Origin: an uncultured Dehalococcoidales bacterium | Lineage (GTDB): Bacteria > Chloroflexota > Dehalococcoidia > E44-bin15 | Assembly: GCA_964428725.1 (NCBI GenBank) | Contig: CAYRYW010000001.1 | Span: 73,238 to 137,237 of the forward strand | Direction of reading: 5' to 3' | Length of the DNA: 64,000 bases | Shown: positions 49,496 to 58,628 of the stretch, one piece after another | How positions within the stretch are numbered: the stretch's first letter is position 1 | Layout of the letters: the number at the start of each line of letters is the position of its first letter | Made by a program: the position numbers and the translations under genes | Notes under the pieces: generated by a model | What the model was told of the DNA's origin: nothing | What the model saw: the letters and a program-made list of their open reading frames with translations, nothing else | Database searches by the model: none

Positions 49496-51262
49496 TCAAT
49501 CGAGCCTCAGTTTGAGGTGGAGCTCCTTGAGCTGCTCCTCAGACACATCTGACGGGGCGTCGAACATCATATCCACCGCGCTCTTGTTCTTGGGGAAAGC
49601 GATCACTTCCCTGATGCTCTCCTCTCCGGCGAGCAGCATCACCACGCGGTCGATGCCGGGGGCGATGCCGCCGTGTGGCGGGGCACCGTATTCAAAGGCC
49701 TCGGTAAGCTGCCCGAACCGCTGCCTTATCTGCTCAGCGCTATATCCCAGCAGCCCGAATATTTTCTCCTGAAGCCCCCTGTCATGTATCCTGATGCTGC
49801 CGCTGGAAAGCTCGGAGCCGTTGCATACCAGGTCGTAGTGCTTCGAGTGAACCGCCGCCGGGTTGCTGTCCAAGAGCGGGATGTCTGCGTCCTTCGGTGC
49901 CGTGAACGGATGGTGCATCGGTTGCCACTGTTCCCCCGTTCCCTTCTCCAGGAGCAGAAAATCGACGACAAAACAGAAGACCAGCAGGTGTGGGTCGATG
50001 AGGTTCAGGCGGCGCGCCATCTCCTGGCGCAGCGCGCCCAGCGAAACCGCCACTGCCATCGTCTCGCCGGCAATGATGAGGATGAGGTCGCCCTGCTTCG
50101 CTCCGAAACGGTTGGCGATATCATTACGCTGTTCATCGTTGAGGTATTTGGCGAGGACGGAGCTTGCTGTCTCATCGCCGATGGGCAGGGTGAGCAGTCC
50201 CTTGGCGCCATATACTTTAACCAGCTCGGTCAATTCTTCAATCTGCTTTCGAGAGTACTTTGCGCAGCCAGTGGCGCAGATGCCCCTGACGCTGCCCCCG
50301 GCGTCGAGGGATGAGCGGAACAGGCCGAACTCGGTGCTCTCTGCGATATCGGATATGTCCCTGATCTCCAGCCCGTAGCGCAGGTCTGGCTTGTCCGTGC
50401 CGTATCTCAGCATGGCATCATCATATTTAAGGCGGGGGAACGGCTTGACGAGATGCAAGTGCGGAGTGATGGTTTCCACCAGCGATGTGAACATGTCCTC
50501 CATGAGGGAAAGGATATCTTCTTCCTCGACGAAGCTCATCTCCAGGTCAAGCTGGGTGAATTCCGGTTGCCGGTCGGCACGCAGGTCCTCATCGCGGAAG
50601 CACCTCGCCACCTGAAAGTATTTCTCGAATCCGGACACCATGAGCAGCTGTTTTAACATCTGTGGAGACTGCGGCAGGGCATAGAATTTGCCGGCATGGA
50701 CCCGGCTGGGTACCAGATAGTCACGCGCCCCCTCCGGCGTGCTCTTTATCATTATCGGGGTCTCGATCTCAAGGAAGCCGCGCTCGTCCAGGAAATCGCG
50801 CATGAACTTGATCACGCGATGTCTCAGGATCATGTTATGCTGCATGCGCTCGCGGCGGAGGTCCAGGTAGCGATATCGCAGGCGCAGGTTCTCATCGATA
50901 TCGGCTTCCTCGCCGATCTCGAACGGCGGCGTCTTTGCCGGATTGAGCAATGACGCCCGCTCAACGATAACCTCGACCTCGCCCGTGGGCAGCCTGGGGT
51001 TCTCGGTGCCGGCGGGTCGCCTCGAAACTTCACCTGTAACTTGCAGTACGTACTCATTGCGCAATCTTGCAGCCAGCTCGTGGTTCTCGCGTGATACCTC
51101 CGGGTTGAACACCACCTGCACCAGCCCTGAACGATCCCTCAGGTCGATGAATATCAGCCCGCCGTGGTCCCGCCGCCTATGCACCCAGCCAGCCAGCGTG
51201 ACCCGGTTGCCCGTGTGGCTGGCGTTCAGCTCCCCGCAGTTTCTATCCTTGAACATGTTCAC
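49496..51262 (-). CDS. aspS: Aspartate-tRNA ligase, probably non-discriminating (Asp/Asn)
   Basis: GWVHRRRDHG, LPQSPQ, CFRDEDLRADRQPEF, GAPPHGG; His in the WVHRR motif is typical of ND-AspRS. Confidence 0.97.
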   Translation of the reverse strand: MNMFKDRNCGELNASHTGNRVTLAGWVHRRRDHGGLIFIDLRDRSGLVQVVFNPEVSRENHELAARLRNEYVLQVTGEVSRRPAGTENPRLPTGEVEVIVERASLLNPAKTPPFEIGEEADIDENLRLRYRYLDLRRERMQHNMILRHRVIKFMRDFLDERGFLEIETPIMIKSTPEGARDYLVPSRVHAGKFYALPQSPQMLKQLLMVSGFEKYFQVARCFRDEDLRADRQPEFTQLDLEMSFVEEEDILSLMEDMFTSLVETITPHLHLVKPFPRLKYDDAMLRYGTDKPDLRYGLEIRDISDIAESTEFGLFRSSLDAGGSVRGICATGCAKYSRKQIEELTELVKVYGAKGLLTLPIGDETASSVLAKYLNDEQRNDIANRFGAKQGDLILIIAGETMAVAVSLGALRQEMARRLNLIDPHLLVFCFVVDFLLLEKGTGEQWQPMHHPFTAPKDADIPLLDSNPAAVHSKHYDLVCNGSELSSGSIRIHDRGLQEKIFGLLGYSAEQIRQRFGQLTEAFEYGAPPHGGIAPGIDRVVMLLAGEESIREVIAFPKNKSAVDMMFDAPSDVSEEQLKELHLKLRLD

Positions 51263-51529
51263 ACCTCAAAACCCGATTATATATTATGGTATTCGCCTTT
51301 TCAATCCAGAGAATATGCGACCGCTCGCGGCGCTGCAGTGTCAGCAGGGTGTTTGACTTTTTTCTCCGCATGGATTAATATGCCACAATGCCCATTTTAA
51401 GCGGGGCACTGTTAAAATAAATTTGCTTAAGGATATATAAAATTTGACATTTGCTGTTAAATATGATAAATATATCATGTATAAGAATAGTCAGCAGTTT
51501 GTCCCTGTAATGTGGAGAGTGGAATTTCT

Positions 51530-53155
51530 ATGGCGGATGATAAGCGCGCAGCGGTGAACAAGGCCAAAGAGGTCGAGCGCGTTGTCAGGTTCGGCAACGT
51601 GCCTACCGTCGATCTGCATCAGGTGCAGCCCCAGAATGAAGCCCTGGCCCTGATACCGGAGACGGCGGCGTTGAGGTACAACATACTGCCCCTGACCCTG
51701 AACGATGATACCTTAACTGTGGTCACAGATTACCCGGATGATTTCCAGCTCATCGATACCATCTCCCGGTTGACCAGCAAAAAGGTCACCATGGTCACGC
51801 CCATCAGGGGGAACCTCCGCGATTCCATAACAGGGCATTACAAGAAGTACACCGAGGAAGGGTTCGACCAGACCGTGCTCGATGAGGCGATGGATGAGTC
51901 CTACATGGACGAATCGGTGCTGGACATCATCGCCCCCATGGAGCTGGTCAAAGAGGAAGATGTTGACCAGGATGTCGTTAAGGCGGCGCAGGACGCCCCC
52001 ATAATCAAGGCGGTCGACATGATCCTGACGCAGGCGGTGAGGGAGCGCGCCTCAGATATCCACATTGCCCCCGAGGAGAAGGTGCTGAAGATACGCTACC
52101 GCATAGACGGTGTGCTGCATGATGCCCTCAATCTGCCCCCGGAGATATTGTCGCCGATAGTTACCCGTATCAAGATCCTGGCCAATATGAATATTGCCGA
52201 GCGCCGCCGTCCACAGGACGGCTCTTTCTCCGGCAAGATATCCGGAAAGGTGATCGACTTCCGCGTCGGCACCATCGGCACCAACTGGGGCGAGTATGTC
52301 GTCATGCGCGTGCTGGAGAAGAACTTCAGCCTGTTCGAGCTGGACGGTATCGGCATGCCGCCGTATATAAAGGAGACATACGAGCAGTGTCTGGCGGCGC
52401 CGTTCGGCATGATCATCATCAGCGGGCCCACCGGCTCGGGGAAGACGACCACCCTGTATGCATCCCTGCTGAAGCTCAATTCAGATGAGCTCAATATCAT
52501 GAGCATCGAGGACCCGGTGGAGTACAAGTTCAAGGGCGTGCGACAGATACAGGTGAACCGGGCAGCCAATATCACCTTCGCTGCCGGGCTGCGGGCCGCC
52601 ATGCGCATGGACCCCGACGTGATACTCGTAGGTGAGATCCGCGACCAGGAGACCGCGGAGGTAGCCGTCAACGCCGCGCTTACCGGTCACCTCGTGCTGA
52701 CATCGCTGCATGCCAACGACTCAGTGGGCGCGCTGGTCCGCCTGATAGACCTCGGCGTGGAGCCGTTCCTGGTGACTTCTGCTGTTATTGCCACTGCATC
52801 GCAGCGACTGCTCAGAAGGACCTGCCCCAAGTGTGCCGAAACCAAGAAGGCTGCCATGGCGGATGTCCTGGCTTATAAACAGGTCACCGGCAAGGAGCGG
52901 GAGGAGTTCACTTACGGGGCTGGCTGTGCCAACTGTAATTTCAAGGGATACCGGGGCAGGATAGGCGCATTTGAACTGTTGCCCATCACCGACTCGATAC
53001 GGAGCCTGGTCGCCAGGAGCGCCGGTGCCCCGGAGATCAAGGCGCAGGCGTTGAAAGAGGGAATGCTGCCCATGCGCCATCACGGCATGATGCTGGCCAA
53101 GGAGGGTGTGACCACGCCCAGCGAGGTGGCGCGTCACGTGTTCACCATAGGTTAA
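51530..53155 (+). CDS. pilB: Type IV pilus assembly ATPase PilB/GspE
   Basis: ASDIH, RRPQDG, GPTGSGKTTT, SIEDPVE, DPDVILVGEIRD, tetra-Cys motif. Confidence 0.93.
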   Translation: MADDKRAAVNKAKEVERVVRFGNVPTVDLHQVQPQNEALALIPETAALRYNILPLTLNDDTLTVVTDYPDDFQLIDTISRLTSKKVTMVTPIRGNLRDSITGHYKKYTEEGFDQTVLDEAMDESYMDESVLDIIAPMELVKEEDVDQDVVKAAQDAPIIKAVDMILTQAVRERASDIHIAPEEKVLKIRYRIDGVLHDALNLPPEILSPIVTRIKILANMNIAERRRPQDGSFSGKISGKVIDFRVGTIGTNWGEYVVMRVLEKNFSLFELDGIGMPPYIKETYEQCLAAPFGMIIISGPTGSGKTTTLYASLLKLNSDELNIMSIEDPVEYKFKGVRQIQVNRAANITFAAGLRAAMRMDPDVILVGEIRDQETAEVAVNAALTGHLVLTSLHANDSVGALVRLIDLGVEPFLVTSAVIATASQRLLRRTCPKCAETKKAAMADVLAYKQVTGKEREEFTYGAGCANCNFKGYRGRIGAFELLPITDSIRSLVARSAGAPEIKAQALKEGMLPMRHHGMMLAKEGVTTPSEVARHVFTIG

Positions 53156-53321
53156 CGGATATCTGGCAAGTCCGATATGACGTAGATATACAGGGTCGAT
53201 GGGGGCTGCTCCCCTTTGTTGATTCGGACTTGACCGAATCATTTTTATTATTAATATAGTAAGTGGGATACAGGCGATGCGATATTTTACCCGGCAAAAA
53301 GGTGAAAGGGGGAAGGCATAG

Positions 53322-54536
53322 ATGAAATTCACCTACGTGGGAAAGAAGCCCAAAGGGCAGACGGTGAAGGGCGTCATGGAGGCTGAATCGGTAGAGAAGG
53401 CCGAAGAGACATTGTGGAAAGCAGAAATAACCATTGTGTCTCTCAAACAGAAGAAAGCTTTCCCCACCATGCAGGAACTGTTCCCCACTATGTACGGCAT
53501 CAAGCGTCAGGAGATCGTGACCTTCACGCGCGACCTGCATACGCTCCTCAGCGCCGGCATCGGCATCTACCCATCGCTGCAGATGCTGCACGAGCGTTCC
53601 GCCAAGCCCAGCCTTAAATCCATGATACGTGACGTTCTGCTGTCCGTGGAAGGCGGCAACTCTTTCTCCGATGCCTGCGCCAAGCACCCCAAGGTATTCT
53701 CTCCTTTTTATCTCAGGATGACCAAGGTGGGTGAGGAGATCGGTAACCTGGAGCAGATGCTGGGACAGATCACCGTGCAGATGACCAAGGAAGCGGCTAT
53801 CGTGAAGAAGGTCAAGGGCGCGCTGACCATACCCGCGATCACGTTTAGCGTAGCCATCGTGGCCATCATCGCCCTGGTCACCTTCGTCGTGCCGGCGATG
53901 AAAGGCCTGTTCGAGCAGATGGGCGGCGAGCTTCCCATGATAACCAAGATAATGGTTGCTGTATCCGAGGTTTTCACCGGATACTCGTACATCATCTTCC
54001 CGGCGATTATTATCGCAATTGTAGGCAGTATCTTCTATTTCAGGACGAAACGCGGCAAGAGAACCATGGACACCATCAAGCTGAAGATACCCATACTCAA
54101 GGATGTACAGGTCAAGGGGGGCATGGCGCGCACCGCCCGCAATATGTCCATCCTTCTGGGCGGCGGCATACCCATAACCGAGGCGCTGGACCTCATCGTC
54201 CAGACCAGCGATAACGTACATTTCAAGGAAGCTTTCGTAAAGGTGAGAAGCGACGTGTCCGAGGGCCAATTGCTGTCGCAGGCGATGGCCGGCCAGCGTA
54301 TCTTCCCCAAGCTGCTGACGCAGGTGATAAGCGTGGGTGAGCTTACCGGACGGCTGGAGCCCAACCTTGAGTCCGCCGCTGACTTCTACGAGATGGAGAC
54401 CGATGACGCGGTGGCGCGGGCGACCTCCCTGCTGACGCCTATCATGACCGTGTTCCTGGGAGGATTCGTGGCGCTGATAGCCCTGTCCATGTATCAGCCG
54501 ATATACGGCATAGCGGGTGGCCTGGGAGGCAAATAG
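53322..54536 (+). CDS. pilC: Type IV pilus platform protein PilC/GspF
   Basis: FTRDL..LL.AG, GEEIGNL and GELTGRL repeats; terminal MYQPIY. Confidence 0.93.
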   Translation: MKFTYVGKKPKGQTVKGVMEAESVEKAEETLWKAEITIVSLKQKKAFPTMQELFPTMYGIKRQEIVTFTRDLHTLLSAGIGIYPSLQMLHERSAKPSLKSMIRDVLLSVEGGNSFSDACAKHPKVFSPFYLRMTKVGEEIGNLEQMLGQITVQMTKEAAIVKKVKGALTIPAITFSVAIVAIIALVTFVVPAMKGLFEQMGGELPMITKIMVAVSEVFTGYSYIIFPAIIIAIVGSIFYFRTKRGKRTMDTIKLKIPILKDVQVKGGMARTARNMSILLGGGIPITEALDLIVQTSDNVHFKEAFVKVRSDVSEGQLLSQAMAGQRIFPKLLTQVISVGELTGRLEPNLESAADFYEMETDDAVARATSLLTPIMTVFLGGFVALIALSMYQPIYGIAGGLGGK

Positions 54537-54575
54537 AAAATATGTATCAAATCAATTAAAAATGACTAAAACATA

Positions 54576-54604
54576 TTGATATTTATAAAAAAACATGATA
54601 TAAT
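54576..54604 (+). promoter_or_regulatory. Sigma70-type promoter upstream of the pilin genes
   Basis: TTGATA (54576-54581), 17 bp spacer, TGn-TATAAT (54599-54604) in an AT-rich gap. Confidence 0.65.
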
Positions 54605-54631
54605 TTAACACTTTAAGGACAGCGATCGGGG

Positions 54632-55537
54632 GTGAGGCACATGATACGGGGTTTTACTCTGCTGGAGGTGATTATCGCCATGGCCCTGCTGTCAATGTGC
54701 GTTATAGGCTTCCTGCAGGCGCTCAACGTCAGCATGGTGGGCACGGACAGGGTGAGGCAGACCAACTACGCCGTGGAGTTGACGCGCTCACAGATGGAAT
54801 ACATACAGCAGCAGGACTTCATACTGCACAACGACAGCGAGCCCAGCAAATACGGCAACGTCTCAGAGATTCCCCCGGGATGGAACGCATCCGCCATATC
54901 CACCACGATCTATAACGTAACCGATGCCAACGGCTCGCCGATGGACCACCGCGTGCTGCAGGAGGTGGTGGTGGAAGTGACATACAGCGGTGGTAAAACC
55001 CTTGAGATGAGGGACTACAAGTCCCCGCGCGAGGGGAGCTTTGTGACATCCGGCTCCGGCTGGCTGGTGACCAGCGTGATAGATATACCCTTGCTGCCGT
55101 CTGCCTTCCAGTTTCTCTGGTGGGGTGGCGAGTACTGGGGATACTACTACACCTTCGAGACGGGGACGACCACGTCTGAGCAAGGCATGATAAGCGGCCT
55201 GTGGCAGTTCACCGCATCAGCCTGGTTTATCTTCGGCGTGGTTGGCAACCCGGCTTCGGTCTACCTGTACAGACACTCCGATGTGGTTGACGAGTTCCCC
55301 GGCGAGCGCGGGATGATTGCGCTGAAGCCAGCGGACGTCCCCTCGGGTTATCTGGTAAAGGCAACGAGCCATCTCTGGGGCACCGGCGACAGGGAGGTGA
55401 CCGCCCTCGAGTCGGACCCTGTGGATCCCGGCGAGTATACCCTATTCTTCTATAATGAGGGTATCAGCATTTTGGGCCTTTTAGGATGGAGCCGGGACAT
55501 ATACCCGTCGACGGCGACCATCACCTACTACAAGTAA
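54632..55537 (+). CDS. Prepilin-type protein (PilV/GspI-like) with extra C-terminal domain
   Basis: Class III signal peptide RG|FTLLEVIIAMALL. Confidence 0.85.
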   Translation: MRHMIRGFTLLEVIIAMALLSMCVIGFLQALNVSMVGTDRVRQTNYAVELTRSQMEYIQQQDFILHNDSEPSKYGNVSEIPPGWNASAISTTIYNVTDANGSPMDHRVLQEVVVEVTYSGGKTLEMRDYKSPREGSFVTSGSGWLVTSVIDIPLLPSAFQFLWWGGEYWGYYYTFETGTTTSEQGMISGLWQFTASAWFIFGVVGNPASVYLYRHSDVVDEFPGERGMIALKPADVPSGYLVKATSHLWGTGDREVTALESDPVDPGEYTLFFYNEGISILGLLGWSRDIYPSTATITYYK

Positions 55538-55558
55538 CCCGCACTTAGAGAGAGGGAC

Positions 55559-58500
55559 ATGCTGAAAGGCAAAAGAGGTTTCACCTTACTGGAGATACTG
55601 ATGGTCATGATCATCACCGGCATGACGCTGCCGGTGGTGGGCATGGCGCTGTACATGCTGCTCCACGTGCCCGCCAAGGAAACCGGCAAGCTGACAGTCA
55701 TCAATGACGTGAACCTGGTGCTAAGCTGGGTGCATGAGGATATCAACCGCGGGCAGTTCTTCTCCGGCTCCCCCGGCTGGCTCAAGGGGGTGCACACCCT
55801 GGATTTCAACACCAGCGCCGGCACGGACCAGCAGGCGTGGCAAGCGCTGGGCATACCCGCCAGCCCCAGCGCCGGCGGCACCGAATGCTCCGACTACGGG
55901 CTTATCAATGCCTCTGACAACCAGCGGTGGACCACCTCTCTGGCGACCGCGGACAAGGAGATAAATGCGCAGTGGTTCCAGTTCACCGTGCCGGAGGGCA
56001 ACGAGGGGATAGAGCTGGATGAAATAGAGACGATGGTGGTCTCCTGGAAGGGCTACGGTGAATCGCGCGACGAGTATAATACGGAGATAAAGCTGTGGAA
56101 CGTGACCAGCAGCGCGTGGGAGGAGTTCAAGCCCCGGGCTTACCGCGCGGCCATGGGCACCGAGGGCTGGCTCAGCGGCAGGAGAACCAACGTCATGGAT
56201 TACATCGACGGCAACCGGCGCATATACGTATTGGCCACCAGCGAGCATTACGTAGAGGGCTGCCCGTTCCTGTTCGGGTGGGACGGCCAGCGCTACCGCT
56301 ACATAGATGCCACGCTGATGCACGCCTTCTTCAGGAGGTATGAGACCACCACGTATCACCAGACAGCGGACCTGGAGCCGGAGAACGGCTGTTACGACCT
56401 GATGCTGTTCCAGGGGCTGCCGGAGACGAGCTACGTCAATGAACTGGGGCTGTGGGCGGTGGACCATCCGCAGGGGACATCCATAGTGCTGGAGCGCAAC
56501 GACCCGCCCGGTGGACTGGGCGTCATACATACGATAAGCCATCCGCAGGCGGTTGCCGCCGTGGACCGGGAGGGCAACGATGTCACAGAATTGCTGGCAC
56601 GTCAGGACGGAGCATACTGGGAATCCAATCTCTCCGGGAAGGACTTCAGCAAGACTGAGAACCTTAATGACTGGCTGGTACTGACCCTGCCCGAGGGGCG
56701 CGATAGCGGAATCGCCAGGCTACTCATAGATGTCAGGCAATCCCCTCTGGGCGAGTACTACCACTGGTACTTCCTGCACTACATACTGGGCACGCCCAAT
56801 GTGGATTACATCAGGGACCTCATCGAGAACGACCGGGATTTCATACCGCACTTTGACCTGCAGATGTGGCTGTCCACCGCCTTCCTGGTCCAGTACTGGG
56901 ACGGCTCGGCGTGGGTGGATTACGCCTCGCTGCCCGGCCTCGATATGCATTTCGGCAATCCCCAGGTGGTGCCCATAGACCTGAGCAAGATAGAAGGCAA
57001 CCGGATAAGGCTGTATACCCCCTTGGGACTGCGCGAGATAGACTACATCGCGGTGGACTACTCCCCGGACGAAGCGTTTGCTGTGACCGAAATGACGCCT
57101 GCGGCGGCAACCCAGCACATGCTCGACGGTTCCACGGCGGACATCCTGCAGGACATCGCCTCCCCCGATGACGCATATGCGGTACTGGAGCAGGGGGGCT
57201 ACATCAATTACAGGTTCGGCGAGCTTGCGCCGCCCGCCGCGGGGATGCAGCGGACGTTCGTGCTGCCGGTGGGGGGCTACTACTACCTCGACGGGCCGGA
57301 GGTGCCCGAGGACAAGATGGGCAACCTGGGCCTGTGGGAAGAGCTGGCATACGTCCCCTATGCCTATTTGAAGTGGGTGCTGCCCCGATATGCCAACCTG
57401 CAGGCGGACCCGTCATGGGAATACTACCGCTTCAACACGGCCAGTCCGCCGTTCGACACGGATAAGGAATTCTATTCCCTGCACACGAACTATATCAAGC
57501 TCACCTTCATCACCGAGGGCACCGAGCTGGGCTACGTATCGGAGAATTATCCGGGGAACACCTACGGCGGTTTCCACTGGGTGGATCGTACCGCCGCAGA
57601 GAGTACAACATATACTTCACATTACTACTGGGTCAACGAGAGCAGTCAGATGATACGTCAGGAATGGCAGAACAACGATTTGGTCTCCACCACGGTCCTG
57701 GCGCGCAACATCCCGAACTACGATGATATCACCTTCGAGTATTTCACCGCGGGGGCCGAGCTGGGAGGCGCGCTCCTGCCTTATCTGGTAGTAAACGTAC
57801 TGGCAAGTGCGGGTACGGGGGATTTGTATGTGGAAGCATACGGTTCCTCCCATATTGCTTTGAGGAGCACTACACTCAGCCGGGGCATGGCCGTGATTGC
57901 CACCGAGGGTCTGGTGCCGAATGCCAGCTCGATAAACGTGACGGGGAGCGGGCTGATAGTCGACGGCCGCGTGCGCTCGTTCGGCAACATCTCGGTGACC
58001 GGCGAGGACGTGATCTTCACCGGCAGGACGGAGGCGGCGGGTTACATAATCGATAGCGCCAGCTCAATCATAGAGCCGGATCAGTTTGCCATCCTGCAGG
58101 CAACGGACTGGGCTCTGGTAGCGGATGATTTCGTGAAGGAGTGGTGGAACCCGGCCTCCAACGAGTATATCTGGGCCGCCGGCGATGTGGATCTGGATAG
58201 CGAGTCGCAGGACGATAACGGTAAGCTTATATGGGATACGACGGATGCGGCAAAACCTGTCCTGAAGCCGGGGGTGTACTATGCCGTGAACGGAAACATC
58301 AGCCTGGGAACAACTAACGTCACCGGCATGGTGACCCTCATGGGCGACAGGGTTAAGGTGGACGCCGATAATTCCACCCTGTCACCTTTCTGCAGCGGCG
58401 TTTTGCTGTATGCCACCGGCAGCCACGATGATGCGATCGAGTTCTCCGGCGACGGCGGCGCCTGGTGCGGCAACCTGTTTGCCCCCGAAGGCGGCGTGCT

Positions 58501-58606
58501 GGTGACCGGGGACAGGGATGAGGATTTCTACCTGTTCGGTGCCATCGCGGCGAAGAAGTTCAGATACGAGGGCATCGGCACTAAAATCTTCCGTATAAGG
58601 TTCTAA
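55559..58606 (+). CDS. Giant (1015 aa) prepilin-type protein (PilW/GspJ-like) with inserted domains
   Basis: KRG|FTLLEILMVMII; large internal insert; C-terminal beta-helix-like repeats. Confidence 0.85.
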   Translation: MLKGKRGFTLLEILMVMIITGMTLPVVGMALYMLLHVPAKETGKLTVINDVNLVLSWVHEDINRGQFFSGSPGWLKGVHTLDFNTSAGTDQQAWQALGIPASPSAGGTECSDYGLINASDNQRWTTSLATADKEINAQWFQFTVPEGNEGIELDEIETMVVSWKGYGESRDEYNTEIKLWNVTSSAWEEFKPRAYRAAMGTEGWLSGRRTNVMDYIDGNRRIYVLATSEHYVEGCPFLFGWDGQRYRYIDATLMHAFFRRYETTTYHQTADLEPENGCYDLMLFQGLPETSYVNELGLWAVDHPQGTSIVLERNDPPGGLGVIHTISHPQAVAAVDREGNDVTELLARQDGAYWESNLSGKDFSKTENLNDWLVLTLPEGRDSGIARLLIDVRQSPLGEYYHWYFLHYILGTPNVDYIRDLIENDRDFIPHFDLQMWLSTAFLVQYWDGSAWVDYASLPGLDMHFGNPQVVPIDLSKIEGNRIRLYTPLGLREIDYIAVDYSPDEAFAVTEMTPAAATQHMLDGSTADILQDIASPDDAYAVLEQGGYINYRFGELAPPAAGMQRTFVLPVGGYYYLDGPEVPEDKMGNLGLWEELAYVPYAYLKWVLPRYANLQADPSWEYYRFNTASPPFDTDKEFYSLHTNYIKLTFITEGTELGYVSENYPGNTYGGFHWVDRTAAESTTYTSHYYWVNESSQMIRQEWQNNDLVSTTVLARNIPNYDDITFEYFTAGAELGGALLPYLVVNVLASAGTGDLYVEAYGSSHIALRSTTLSRGMAVIATEGLVPNASSINVTGSGLIVDGRVRSFGNISVTGEDVIFTGRTEAAGYIIDSASSIIEPDQFAILQATDWALVADDFVKEWWNPASNEYIWAAGDVDLDSESQDDNGKLIWDTTDAAKPVLKPGVYYAVNGNISLGTTNVTGMVTLMGDRVKVDADNSTLSPFCSGVLLYATGSHDDAIEFSGDGGAWCGNLFAPEGGVLVTGDRDEDFYLFGAIAAKKFRYEGIGTKIFRIRF

Positions 58607-58628
58607 GGTCAGCGGAGGTGAAACCCTA

